A stretch of 64,000 bases of DNA from Bacilli bacterium (GTDB lineage: Bacteria > Bacillota_I > Bacilli_A > RF39 > UBA660). Where the stretch lies: contig JAFZKH010000009.1 of NCBI GenBank assembly GCA_017553685.1, positions 144,479 through 208,478 on the forward strand, in the 5' to 3' direction. The notes beneath the pieces are model-generated. The model saw nothing but the letters and a program-made list of their open reading frames with translations, did no database searches and was not told where the DNA came from. Made by a program: the position numbers and the translations under genes. Positions 30,919 to 41,280 of this stretch are shown piece after piece. The first letter of the stretch is position 1, and each line of letters starts with the position of its first letter.

Positions 30919-32733
30919 TTATTTTATTATATAAAGACTATATTTTTTGTTCTTTTTAATAATCAAAAATGAACTGTTAGATTCTTCATTATAATCAATA
31001 CTAATTACTTCAGATTTTTTAATCTTTTTGACTAATTTTTTCTTAGAATTATATACTTTTATAATATTATCTTTATTATTTGAAACAATTATTAATCCCT
31101 TATTAGGAACTATTGGAGTTCCATCAGAATTATTAACGCTTTCATTGTTATCAAGATTGAATGAAATCTTTGAATTATCTAATAAACTATATAAATTTAC
31201 CTTTCCTTTTTCAGTATGAAGAATATATTTATCTCCAATAGAAATACCTGATTCTTCTATAGGTATTTTTTTGAATAATTTACCCTTGTTATTAAATATA
31301 TACATATATTCTTCATTATAGAATCTATATAAATTATAGATTGACAAATCATCTAATAACGCTAAAGTATTATCATCATTTAGTAGTTTCTTTTCTTTAG
31401 ATGAATATAATAATACATTTGATTTACCACCATTATCATCAATTAATTCATCTTGATCTACAACAACAATATTATTTGATGAGCTTACTATTGTTTCACC
31501 TTTATCATCAAATAAAGCATATGTACCATCAGAATACATTACTACTTTATAACCATTCTTATACTCTCTATATTTCTTAACATCTTTATCACCAGTTAAT
31601 TTTAGAGAAACTGTATTATCATATGGATTATAAACAATTATTGTCTTCTCTTCACAATAAGTTTTAGAGCATCCTATTTCTAATCTAGCTTCTTTTAAAT
31701 CATCATAAAGATTATATACTTCTACTTTCTTATCATTTCCTTTAAAATCAAATACTTTATTAAAAGTATCAGTTTCTAATTCATATGTACCAAATGAATT
31801 ACCAAATACAACTAATATACCTTTTTGATCATTATTGATAATACTATCATCAATAATAGTGTATCCCTCAATTACTTTATCAGTTATATTGCCTTTTACA
31901 CCTAGTTCTTTCTCTTCTTTACCGTTTATATCTAATACATATTTCTTAGTAGAATTATTAATTCTTTTGCTAATTAATAATTTATTATCAGATAAAACTA
32001 TATAAGAATTAAATGAGTCTCCTACTATCTTATAATTATTTACATCATAATAGAAATAAGATCCATTTTTATCTTTAATAACTAAATAATCTGTTTTATT
32101 ATCAGTTTTAACTTCTTCAACTATTTCATAGTCATCAAGTATTCTGTTACTATTTTCATCAATAATAACTAAACTATTAGTTTCAAATGTAATAATCTTG
32201 TTATCATTGTAAAATTTAATATCTTTAACATCTTTATATAGTGTATTTCCTTTATAATCATAAATAGTAAAATAATCATCTTTTTTACCATATAGATATT
32301 TATCTGTTATTGGATATAAAGTATATTCTTCTTCTTTTAATACTTCTTTACCCTTAGAATTTAATACAATATATCCATGTGTATAATTCTTTTTATCTTT
32401 TAATGCAACTATAACATATTTAGTAGATGCATTAACAGGTTCCATTCTTAAGTCATCTTCTGAATAATCAACATCATATTTTGATATTATCTTACCATCT
32501 GGATTAACCACGCTTATTTGAGTTTTACCTTTTTTATCACCTTTATATGCAACCATATAATTACACTCATTATTAATACAATTAATATTATAATATTTAG
32601 GCCCTAAAACTTTTGATACTCTTGTTACTATATCTTCTTTAGTTCTATTAAAAATAATTAAAAGTACTAAAGCTAATACAATAATTAATCCAATAGCAAT
32701 TAAAACAACCCTATTTTTAAATATCTTTTTCAT
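30919..32733 (-). CDS. membrane-anchored extracellular repeat protein (paralog B of tandem pair)
   Basis: N-terminal TM 'VVLIAIGLIIVLALVLLII'. Clear paralogy with the 32754..34718 product ('NCINNECNYMVAYKGDKKGK' versus 'VECLDTDCNYILASKGDKYGE'; conserved Cys pairs). Tyr/Asp/Lys-rich beta-strand repeats. Confidence 0.6.
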   Translation of the reverse strand: MKKIFKNRVVLIAIGLIIVLALVLLIIFNRTKEDIVTRVSKVLGPKYYNINCINNECNYMVAYKGDKKGKTQISVVNPDGKIISKYDVDYSEDDLRMEPVNASTKYVIVALKDKKNYTHGYIVLNSKGKEVLKEEEYTLYPITDKYLYGKKDDYFTIYDYKGNTLYKDVKDIKFYNDNKIITFETNSLVIIDENSNRILDDYEIVEEVKTDNKTDYLVIKDKNGSYFYYDVNNYKIVGDSFNSYIVLSDNKLLISKRINNSTKKYVLDINGKEEKELGVKGNITDKVIEGYTIIDDSIINNDQKGILVVFGNSFGTYELETDTFNKVFDFKGNDKKVEVYNLYDDLKEARLEIGCSKTYCEEKTIIVYNPYDNTVSLKLTGDKDVKKYREYKNGYKVVMYSDGTYALFDDKGETIVSSSNNIVVVDQDELIDDNGGKSNVLLYSSKEKKLLNDDNTLALLDDLSIYNLYRFYNEEYMYIFNNKGKLFKKIPIEESGISIGDKYILHTEKGKVNLYSLLDNSKISFNLDNNESVNNSDGTPIVPNKGLIIVSNNKDNIIKVYNSKKKLVKKIKKSEVISIDYNEESNSSFLIIKKNKKYSLYIIK

Positions 32734-32753
32734 ATTTTCACCTACTTAATAGT

Positions 32754-34658
32754 TTATTTTATAAAATATAATCCATATAAATTATTATTGTTTTTAATCC
32801 TTTTTGTTGTCATAATAATTCTATTTGATTTTTTATTATATTTAATATTATTAATGCTTGAGCCCTTTATTTTCTTAATAACATTTCCATTAGCATTAAC
32901 AATCTTAACATAATTATCAACAGTATTATTAACATATATAGCATTCTTATATGGATAAATACTTTGACCACTATTATCATTCATTTTTTCATTTTTCTTT
33001 AGTTTATATGTTCTTACTTTATTATCTTTAACATTAATAATAACAATCTTATTATTTTCAATATACATAATAGTATCTTCGCCATAAGTAAATGATACTT
33101 CTTTATTTGATATTTTAACTAATTCTTTACCATTATTGCCTATAACATAAGTATTGTTCTTATCATTATATTTATAAACTGTAGAATTACCAACTGATAT
33201 TTTAGATGCCAAATCATCTTCACTATTAATTGTTTTATTATTTTTTGCATCAAATAATATAAGTGATGTATTAGTTATTTCTTCTCCAAATACTACATCT
33301 TTATTAACAATTACAATTTGGTTATCAGATTTATATAATTCTTTATTATTCTTATCATAAACTACATATTTATCTTTATATTCTTCTGAAGAATTAATAT
33401 CATATTTAACTACACTATAACCACCTTTATATAATGTATATTCTTGTGGAATATTACCTGTAGTTTTAAATAATTCTTTATTATTTTTCATATCATAAAC
33501 AATTGTAGTATTCTTCTTGCAATTTATTTCACTACAATTAATCATGATATATAATTCTTTTTCATTTGAATCTAATACTCTGATGTTTAATGTTCCATTT
33601 TCTTTTGAATAATCAAATAATTTAGTATATTTTTTAGTTGAAACATTATATATACCTGCATTATTATTCTTTTTATTATTAACTAAAATATATTTTTGAG
33701 AATCTAATTTAACACTACCATTATAAATACTATAATTATCAGTATTAACTTTTTTCTTAATAGATTCTACATATTCGTTAGAATCATCATTATATAATTC
33801 AGTTCTCTTACCATCTTTATTTAAAAGATATTTCTTATATGTACCATTCTTACTTTCAGTAATAATTAGTTCTCCTGAATTAGATCCGCTTATATAACCG
33901 CTTAATGAATCTTCATCAAGCTTATCATTTTTATAATCATAATAATAATATGAGTTCTTATAAGTATCTTGTAAAACAAAATATAATGTTTTTCCGTCTT
34001 TATCATTTACTTCAGAAACAATTCTATAACCGCTTAATATAGAATTACCTTTTTTATCAATTATTAGATTTTCATTCTTAGTAGTTATAGATACAACTTC
34101 TTTATTACCATATGTTTCTATAGCTTTAACATTATTATAAAGTGTTTTCCCTTTATAATTAATTATTTTATATCCATCTTTATTTTCTTCACTTACTAAA
34201 TAATCTGTTATACCTTTTAAAATAGTTTTTGAATTATATCTTGCTTTTCCAAAAGTAGTTTTTAATATATATCCGTATTCTTTTTGAGTAGTATAATCTG
34301 TTTTATTTGTTATTACATAGTTTTTAGATGCCTCTACTACAGATTCAGTATATGATGCTTTAGAATTATAAGTATTATCTATTTTAGCTATTTGTTTTCC
34401 CTTAGAATCATAAACATAAGTAGTGTATTCACCATATTTATCTCCCTTAGAAGCTAATATATAATTACAATCAGTATCTAAACATTCAACGCTATAATTT
34501 TTAACTGCTTTCTTTTTAACCCATTTTACTGTTGGTATATTTATCTTAAAAAATAATACATACACAAAAATAGCTAATACAATAACCGCTACTATTCCTA
34601 TACATATTAATTGATTCTTTTTAATAAATTCTTTAACTTTTTCTATATATTTTTTCAT
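32754..34658 (-). CDS. membrane-anchored extracellular repeat protein (paralog A of tandem pair)
   Basis: Likely start at the internal 'MKKYIEKVKEF'. TM 'LICIGIVAVIVLAIFVYVLFF'. Paralog of the downstream gene. Confidence 0.6.
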   Translation of the reverse strand: MKKYIEKVKEFIKKNQLICIGIVAVIVLAIFVYVLFFKINIPTVKWVKKKAVKNYSVECLDTDCNYILASKGDKYGEYTTYVYDSKGKQIAKIDNTYNSKASYTESVVEASKNYVITNKTDYTTQKEYGYILKTTFGKARYNSKTILKGITDYLVSEENKDGYKIINYKGKTLYNNVKAIETYGNKEVVSITTKNENLIIDKKGNSILSGYRIVSEVNDKDGKTLYFVLQDTYKNSYYYYDYKNDKLDEDSLSGYISGSNSGELIITESKNGTYKKYLLNKDGKRTELYNDDSNEYVESIKKKVNTDNYSIYNGSVKLDSQKYILVNNKKNNNAGIYNVSTKKYTKLFDYSKENGTLNIRVLDSNEKELYIMINCSEINCKKNTTIVYDMKNNKELFKTTGNIPQEYTLYKGGYSVVKYDINSSEEYKDKYVVYDKNNKELYKSDNQIVIVNKDVVFGEEITNTSLILFDAKNNKTINSEDDLASKISVGNSTVYKYNDKNNTYVIGNNGKELVKISNKEVSFTYGEDTIMYIENNKIVIINVKDNKVRTYKLKKNEKMNDNSGQSIYPYKNAIYVNNTVDNYVKIVNANGNVIKKIKGSSINNIKYNKKSNRIIMTTKRIKNNNNLYGLYFIK

Positions 34659-34794
34659 GATAACATCACCATACTTACACCCTTCTACTCTATTATTTAA
34701 ATTATAACATATTGGCAATATATTTTGTCATTTTTTTACAAAAAAATATAACTTTTTTAAAAGAAATTTTAGTTATATGATATAATTACAATAG

Positions 34795-36069
34795 GTGATT
34801 ATCATGGAAATAAGGCAATTAACTGCTGAAGAGTTTGACAACTTTGCCAAGAACTATCCATACAAAAATTTTTATCAGACCGCTGAATATGGTACATTAA
34901 TGGATAGACATGCCTTTAATGACTATTACCTAGGTCTTATAGATGATGCGAATAATTTAGTCGCAGCTACTCTAATACTTGTAAATAGAGTTATGATTGG
35001 ATATAAATGGGGATATTGTCCTAGAGGATATTTAATTGATTATAAGAATGAAGAATTAGTTAGAAACTTTACTGATTTAATTACTCAATATTTAAAAAAG
35101 AGAAACTTCATGTTTATAAAAATAGATCCTCAAATTATTTATAAATCTCACGAAAATACAGGTGAAGTAAATACTTTAGTAGACAATGAAAGTATTTATA
35201 ATATTCTATTAAACTGCGGATATCAACATGGCGGATTTAATTTAAACTTTGAAAATCTAAAACCTAGATGGAATGCAGTAGTAACTTGTAAAACTGAAGA
35301 TAAGATTTTTAGTTTATTTTCTAAAGAAATTAGAAATAAAGTTAGAAAAGCAGATAATAGAGGTGTAGAAGTTATCAAAGGTGAACCTGAAAACATTAGA
35401 GACTTCTATGAATTAATTAGTTATAAAAATGAAAAAAGAAAACTAAATTATTATCTAGATATGTTTGAAATATTTGGTAAATCAGATATGTTTGATATAT
35501 TCTTTGCTAGAATTAATACCTCAAAATATATAGAAAAGAGTAAAAATCTATATGAAAAAGAAGAAATAAGAAATAATGAATTAAATATGTCGCTAGAAGA
35601 AAACATAGATAGTAATAATAAGAATACTATTATTAAAAGAAAGATGAACTCAGATTCATTATTAAACAGTTATAAACAAAGTGTTATTAAATCAGCAGAA
35701 TTATTTAAAAGTAATCCTGTTGGTATAGTAGTAGCAGCTTGTGCTGTAGTTAAATATAATGGTGAAATATTCTTCTTAATAGATGGATTAGATAGTAATT
35801 ATAAAGACTACTGTCCAAACCATTATTTAAAATATATTTTAATGGATATGTATCATAACCAAGGATATAATAGATTTAACTTAAATGGTATTTCAGGAGA
35901 CTTTACTAAAGGATCAAAATACTATGATTTAACTAGATTTAAACTTGGATTTGGTGCCCATGTAGAAGAATATCTTGGAGAGTTTACTTTAGTAATTAAT
36001 AAAGGAAAAACAAATAGATATAATAGAATTAACCCAATTATTGAATGGGTAAATACGCCAGTGTTATAA
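34795..36069 (+). CDS. FemAB-family peptidoglycan interpeptide-bridge aminoacyltransferase
   Basis: About 420 aa with the FemABX architecture: N-terminal GNAT-like half, central coiled-coil insertion ('LYEKEEIRNNELNMSLEEN'), C-terminal half. It is the only plus-strand gene. Confidence 0.7.
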   Translation: MIIMEIRQLTAEEFDNFAKNYPYKNFYQTAEYGTLMDRHAFNDYYLGLIDDANNLVAATLILVNRVMIGYKWGYCPRGYLIDYKNEELVRNFTDLITQYLKKRNFMFIKIDPQIIYKSHENTGEVNTLVDNESIYNILLNCGYQHGGFNLNFENLKPRWNAVVTCKTEDKIFSLFSKEIRNKVRKADNRGVEVIKGEPENIRDFYELISYKNEKRKLNYYLDMFEIFGKSDMFDIFFARINTSKYIEKSKNLYEKEEIRNNELNMSLEENIDSNNKNTIIKRKMNSDSLLNSYKQSVIKSAELFKSNPVGIVVAACAVVKYNGEIFFLIDGLDSNYKDYCPNHYLKYILMDMYHNQGYNRFNLNGISGDFTKGSKYYDLTRFKLGFGAHVEEYLGEFTLVINKGKTNRYNRINPIIEWVNTPVL

Positions 36070-36090
36070 TACACTGGTTTTTTTGCATAA

Positions 36091-36117
36091 AAAAAGTAGG
36101 TTTAAAACCTACTTTTT
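36091..36117. terminator. bidirectional intrinsic terminator between convergent FemAB-family gene and tuf
   Basis: 'aaaaagtaggtttaaaacctacttttt' perfect hairpin with A/T runs on both sides. Confidence 0.6.
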
Positions 36118-36133
36118 AATATACTTAAATTAA

Positions 36134-37318
36134 TTATTTAAGAACTTTTGTAACTTTACCAGCACCAACTGTTCTTCCGCCTTCACGAATAGAGAATTCA
36201 GTTCCTTCTTCTAAAGCGATTGGAGCAATTAATTCAACTGTCATAGTTACGTTATCACCAGGCATTACCATTTCAGTTCCTTCTGGAAGAGTAACTTCAC
36301 CAGTTACGTCTGTAGTTCTGAAATAGAATTGTGGACGATATTTTGTGAAGAATGGAGTATGTCTTCCACCTTCATCTTTACTTAGAACATATACTTGGCA
36401 TTCGAAGTTTGTATGTGGAGTAACTGTTCCAGGTTTAGCTAAAACTTGTCCTCTTTCTACATCTTCTCTGTTGATACCACGAAGTAAAACTCCAGCGTTA
36501 TCTCCAGCTTCAGCATAGTCTAATGATTTTCTAAACATTTCGATACCAGTTGCAACTGTTTTCTTAGTTTCTTTAAGACCAACGATTTCAACTTCTTCGT
36601 TAACGTTTAATCTTCCTCTTTCAACACGTCCTGTAACAACTGTTCCACGACCTGTAATTGTGAATACGTCTTCAATGCTCATTAAGAATGGCTTATCAAC
36701 GTCTCTTTCTGGAGTTGGAATATATTCGTCAATAACGTTCATTAATTCGTCAATTTTTTCAACATATTTTGGATCTCCTTCAAGAGCTTTTAATGCTGAA
36801 CCATAAACGAATGGTGTGTTATCTCCGTCATATCCATATTTGTTTAATAATTCTCTAACGTCCATTTCAATTAATTCTAACATTTCTGGATCGTCAACCA
36901 TATCACATTTGTTGATAAATACAACAATTCTTGGAACACCAACTTGGTGTGCAAGTAAGATATGTTCTCTTGTTTGAGCCATAGGACCATCAGTTGCAGC
37001 TAGAACTAAGATTGCTCCGTCCATTTGTGCAGCACCAGTGATCATGTTTTTAACATAGTCAGCGTGTCCTGGGCAGTCTACGTGAGCATAGTGTCTTTTA
37101 TCAGTACTATATTCAACGTGTGCAGTATTAATAGTAATACCACGTTCTCTTTCTTCTGGTGCTTTATCGATATTTTCGAATGCAACAGCTTCATTACCAT
37201 TCTTACCTGATAAACATTTAGTAATAGCAGCAGTTAATGTAGTTTTACCATGGTCAACGTGTCCGATAGTACCTATATTAACGTGTGGTTTAGAACGGTC
37301 AAATTTTTCTTTTGCCAT
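36134..37318 (-). CDS. tuf: elongation factor Tu
   Basis: '[15 protein letters not shown]', 'DCPGHADY', 'NKCD' G-domain motifs. Confidence 0.98.
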   Translation of the reverse strand: MAKEKFDRSKPHVNIGTIGHVDHGKTTLTAAITKCLSGKNGNEAVAFENIDKAPEERERGITINTAHVEYSTDKRHYAHVDCPGHADYVKNMITGAAQMDGAILVLAATDGPMAQTREHILLAHQVGVPRIVVFINKCDMVDDPEMLELIEMDVRELLNKYGYDGDNTPFVYGSALKALEGDPKYVEKIDELMNVIDEYIPTPERDVDKPFLMSIEDVFTITGRGTVVTGRVERGRLNVNEEVEIVGLKETKKTVATGIEMFRKSLDYAEAGDNAGVLLRGINREDVERGQVLAKPGTVTPHTNFECQVYVLSKDEGGRHTPFFTKYRPQFYFRTTDVTGEVTLPEGTEMVMPGDNVTMTVELIAPIALEEGTEFSIREGGRTVGAGKVTKVLK

Positions 37319-37393
37319 TTTAAATTCCTCCTTTTTTAATGTACAAAAATATTTTATCTAATTCTTGACTAAAAATCAAGTATTATACGTTTA

Positions 37394-39472
37394 TTATTGG
37401 TTGTTTTTACCATTTTTCTTGATAATTTCTTCAGTTATGTTTCTTGGAACTTCTTCATAATGATCGAATGTCATTGTAAATGTTCCTCTACCTTGAGTAT
37501 TACTTCTTAAAGTAGTAACATAACCAAACATTTCTGAAAGTGGAACCATTGCAGTAATTTGTAATGCATTACCTCTAGATTCTTGACCCATAGGTTTTCC
37601 ACGTCTAGCAGTAATATCACCCATAACGTTACCTAAATATTCTTCAGGAACAACTACATCTACTTTCATTATTGGTTCTAGTAAAACTGGGTTACATTTA
37701 TTCTTAGCTTCTTTTAAAGCAAGTGAAGCAGCAACTTTAAATGCCATTTCAGATGAGTCTACATCATGGTAAGAACCATCAAATAATGTAGCTTTAACAT
37801 CTATCATTGGATATCCAGCAAGGATACCAGTTTGCATAGCTTCTTGAAGACCTTTATCTGTTACTGGAATATATTCTCTTGGAACAACACCACCAACGAT
37901 TTGATCAACAAATTCATATCCTTTTTCAGGATTTGGTTCAAATTTAATAACAACGTGTCCATATTGTCCACGACCACCAGATTGTTTAATATATTTTCCT
38001 TCACAATCAGCAGCTTTAGTAATAGTTTCTCTATAAGCAACTTGTGGAGCACCAACGTTACATTCAACGTTAAATTCTCTCTTCATTCTATCAACGATAA
38101 TATCTAAGTGTAATTCACCCATACCAGCGATAATAGTTTGACCAGTTTCAGTATTAGTAGAAGCTCTAAATGTTGGATCTTCTTCAGCTAATTTTTGTAA
38201 TGCAATTCCCATTTTTTCTTGATCTGCTTTAGATTTTGGTTCAACAGTTAATTCAATAACTGGTTCTGGGAATTCCATAGATTCAAGAATACAAGGTTTC
38301 TTTTCATCACATAATGTGTTACCAGTAGTAGTATTCTTTAAACCAACTGCAGCAGCAATATCACCTGTATAAACATCTGATATTTCTTGTCTATTGTTAG
38401 CATGCATTTGTAGGATACGTCCAACTCTTTCTTTTTCATCTTTAGTTGAATTTAATACATATGAACCACTTGATAAGTGTCCAGAGTATACTCTAAAGAA
38501 TGTTAATTTACCAACGAATGGGTCTGTAGCAACCTTAAATGCTAATGCTGAGAATGGTTCATCATCTGATGGATGACGTACTACTTCATTACCATTTAAA
38601 TCAGTTCCTTTAATAGATTCAACGTCAGTTGGAGCTGGTAAATAATCTAATACAGCGTCTAATAATAATTTAACACCTTTATTACCATAAGCAGTTCCTA
38701 GCATTACTGGAAAGAAATCAACTGCAAGAACACCAGTTCTAATACATTTCTTAATGTCTTCAACAGTAACTTCATTACCTTCTAGATATTTTTCCATAAC
38801 AGCATCATCATATTCTGCAACAGCATCAATTAATTCTGCTCTCTTTTGTTCAACAATATCTACTAGGTGAGCTGGGATTTCAACTTCTTTTGGTTCTTCT
38901 TCTTGCTTACCATCATACATGTAAGCTTTCTTAGTAATAATATCAATAATTCCTTCGAATTCTGGTCCTTCACCTATTGGCCATTCAATTGGTGCATATT
39001 TAACTCCAAGTCTATCTTTAATAGTTTTTAAAGTATAGTTGAAATCAACACCAAGTTTGTCCATCTTATTAGCGAAGATGATTCTTGGAACTTTAAATTC
39101 AGTAGCTTGTCTCCAAACTGTTTCAGTTTGAGGTTCAACTCCTGCTTGAGCATCTAATAATGCAACAGCACCATCTAATACTCTTAATGATCTTGATACT
39201 TCAACAGTAAAGTCTACGTGTCCTGGAGTATCAATGATATTTAATCTATAACCTTTCCAAAATGCAGTAGTAGCTGCAGATGTAATAGTTATACCTCTTT
39301 CTTGTTCTTGTTCAATCCAGTCCAATTGAGAAGCACCATCATGTGTTTCACCAATTTTGTGGATTTTATGAGTGTGGAATAATATACGCTCAGTAGTTGT
39401 TGTTTTACCAGCATCTATGTGTGCCATTATTCCGATATTTCTTGTTTTTTCTAATGGATATTCACGAGCCAT
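37394..39472 (-). CDS. fusA: elongation factor G
   Basis: '[15 protein letters not shown]', 'DTPGHVDF', EF-G domains II-V. Confidence 0.98.
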   Translation of the reverse strand: MAREYPLEKTRNIGIMAHIDAGKTTTTERILFHTHKIHKIGETHDGASQLDWIEQEQERGITITSAATTAFWKGYRLNIIDTPGHVDFTVEVSRSLRVLDGAVALLDAQAGVEPQTETVWRQATEFKVPRIIFANKMDKLGVDFNYTLKTIKDRLGVKYAPIEWPIGEGPEFEGIIDIITKKAYMYDGKQEEEPKEVEIPAHLVDIVEQKRAELIDAVAEYDDAVMEKYLEGNEVTVEDIKKCIRTGVLAVDFFPVMLGTAYGNKGVKLLLDAVLDYLPAPTDVESIKGTDLNGNEVVRHPSDDEPFSALAFKVATDPFVGKLTFFRVYSGHLSSGSYVLNSTKDEKERVGRILQMHANNRQEISDVYTGDIAAAVGLKNTTTGNTLCDEKKPCILESMEFPEPVIELTVEPKSKADQEKMGIALQKLAEEDPTFRASTNTETGQTIIAGMGELHLDIIVDRMKREFNVECNVGAPQVAYRETITKAADCEGKYIKQSGGRGQYGHVVIKFEPNPEKGYEFVDQIVGGVVPREYIPVTDKGLQEAMQTGILAGYPMIDVKATLFDGSYHDVDSSEMAFKVAASLALKEAKNKCNPVLLEPIMKVDVVVPEEYLGNVMGDITARRGKPMGQESRGNALQITAMVPLSEMFGYVTTLRSNTQGRGTFTMTFDHYEEVPRNITEEIIKKNGKNNQ

Positions 39473-39487
39473 ATTTTTATTCCTTTC

Positions 39488-39955
39488 CTACCATCTATAA
39501 TGAGCAAATGCTTTATTAGCTTCTGCCATCTTATGTACGTCTTCTTTTTTCTTAAATGCTGCTCCTGTTTCATTTGAAGCATCAATTATTTCGTTAGCTA
39601 ACTTTTCAGCCATAGATTTTCCACCTCTAGCTCTAGCAGCATTAACTAACCATCTAAGTGCAAGTGTTTGTCCTCTTGTAGCACTAACTTCAATAGGAAC
39701 TTGTACATTAGATCCACCAACTCTTCTTGCTTTAACTTCAAGAACTGGTGTTATATTTTCCATTGCTTTTGTAAATACATCAATAGGATTTTGATTTTCT
39801 TTTTCTTGTATCATATCAAAAGCACTATAAACTATCTTTTGAGCTTTTCCTCTTTTACCATCAAGCATAATTCTATTTACTAATTTAGTAACAACTTTTG
39901 AATTATACACTGGATCAGCTAAAACATCTCTTGAAAATGAATGTCTTTTTCTCAT
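39488..39955 (-). CDS. rpsG: 30S ribosomal protein S7
   Basis: Full-length S7 homology. Position between rpsL and fusA. Confidence 0.97.
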   Translation of the reverse strand: MRKRHSFSRDVLADPVYNSKVVTKLVNRIMLDGKRGKAQKIVYSAFDMIQEKENQNPIDVFTKAMENITPVLEVKARRVGGSNVQVPIEVSATRGQTLALRWLVNAARARGGKSMAEKLANEIIDASNETGAAFKKKEDVHKMAEANKAFAHYRW

Positions 39956-39972
39956 ATTTATCTCCTTTCAAA

Positions 39973-40386
39973 TTATTTTTTTGCTTTTTTAGCACCGTAT
40001 TTAGAACGGCCTTGTTTTCTGTCTTGTACACCAGCAGTATCTAATGTACCTCTTACAATGTGATAACGAACTCCAATTAAGTCCTTAACTCTTCCTCCAC
40101 GTACTAGTACAACGCTGTGTTCTTGTAAGTTATGTCCTTCACCAGGAATATAAGCATTGATTTCCTTACCATTGCTTAATTTAACCCTAGCATATTTTCT
40201 TAATGCTGAGTTTGGTTTCTTAGGTGTTGTAACACCAACTCTTGTACATACTCCACGTTTTTGAGGAGAAGATAAATTTCTAGTTTTCTTTGTTAAACTG
40301 TTTAATCTAACATTTAAAACTGGAGATTTACTCTTTTTAGTTTTACTCTTTCTTTTGCTTCTAACTAATTGATTAATTGTAGGCAT
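39973..40386 (-). CDS. rpsL: 30S ribosomal protein S12
   Basis: 'MPTINQLVR...' canonical S12 N-terminus (internal Met of the track ORF), with '[10 protein letters not shown]'. Confidence 0.97.
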   Translation of the reverse strand: MPTINQLVRSKRKSKTKKSKSPVLNVRLNSLTKKTRNLSSPQKRGVCTRVGVTTPKKPNSALRKYARVKLSNGKEINAYIPGEGHNLQEHSVVLVRGGRVKDLIGVRYHIVRGTLDTAGVQDRKQGRSKYGAKKAKK

Positions 40387-40549
40387 TTTTATTACTCCTT
40401 TCTTTACACACATCCTTGTGTTCCAAATTATGATATAAATTAAAGATTTGTTTAAAACAAATCCTTTTTTTAATCAGCACTAATAATATAACATTTTCAC
40501 AATTTAAAGTCAATACATTTCTTTTAAAATAAAAGAAAAAGGAGAATTG

Positions 40550-41245
40550 TTAATTCTCCCTATTTTTTTCTTTTTCTCTAAATAATCTATCTAAATCATA
40601 TACTCCGTCTGGTTGTTTGTCTGCCATCATAACAGCTATTTTTAATACATCATCCGCTAATTCCTTAAATCCTACAACTCTACAGTGAAGATCATCAACT
40701 TTCCAATCATTTATAAGCTCATCATATTCTAAAAATGATTTTATTTCCATTTCTTTTCCTGTCTCATCTAAAACTCTTTTAGCTACTACTTTAGCAGTTT
40801 CACTTGGAACTTTCTTTGTTTTATAATGTGTTTCAACTAGTTCTAACTTTTGTTTGTCGCAATTTCTAGCATAATCAACCACATCATCAATAAACTTTTT
40901 AACCTCAAATCTGAAATTTCCACCTCTAAATACAGGAATAATATAAGAAGCATCTTCAAACGCTTTCATTTGATAATCTTCTAGTCCAGCAGTTCCAATG
41001 ATTATTGGTTTTTTAACTTTTAAAGCATAATCTAACACTTTATCGAAACTATCCTTATGGGAGAAGTCTACAATTATATCAAATTTTTCTTTTATTTCAT
41101 CTAATTGATCATAATTATAGAAATTACTATCACTTCTACAGATTCCTGCTACTATTTCTACATTATCTCTTGTTTTTGCTATTTCTTGAGCTTCCCTGCC
41201 TGTTCTTCCTGTTATTCCACTCCATAATATTCTGACTTTATTCAT
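40550..41245 (-). CDS. DapB-like (4-hydroxy-tetrahydrodipicolinate reductase family) NAD(P)-binding protein, atypical
   Basis: N-terminal Rossmann fold 'VRILWSGITGRTGRE', 'IVDFSHKD...KPIIIGTAG', 'ELVETHYKTKKVPSETA' (compare DapB 'E.HH..K.DAPSGTA'). Shorter than DapB and has HY in place of HH. Confidence 0.5.
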   Translation of the reverse strand: MNKVRILWSGITGRTGREAQEIAKTRDNVEIVAGICRSDSNFYNYDQLDEIKEKFDIIVDFSHKDSFDKVLDYALKVKKPIIIGTAGLEDYQMKAFEDASYIIPVFRGGNFRFEVKKFIDDVVDYARNCDKQKLELVETHYKTKKVPSETAKVVAKRVLDETGKEMEIKSFLEYDELINDWKVDDLHCRVVGFKELADDVLKIAVMMADKQPDGVYDLDRLFREKEKNREN

Positions 41246-41280
41246 ACAATCACCCTATATTAATTATATCAAAAAAGAAA

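Noticed and set aside
16302-34718. Extensive internal repetition in the giant gene and the paralog genes, considered as a possible CRISPR array or transposable repeats.
   Set aside because: The repeats are in-frame protein-coding units of variable length and sequence. There is no short, regularly spaced direct-repeat and spacer structure.
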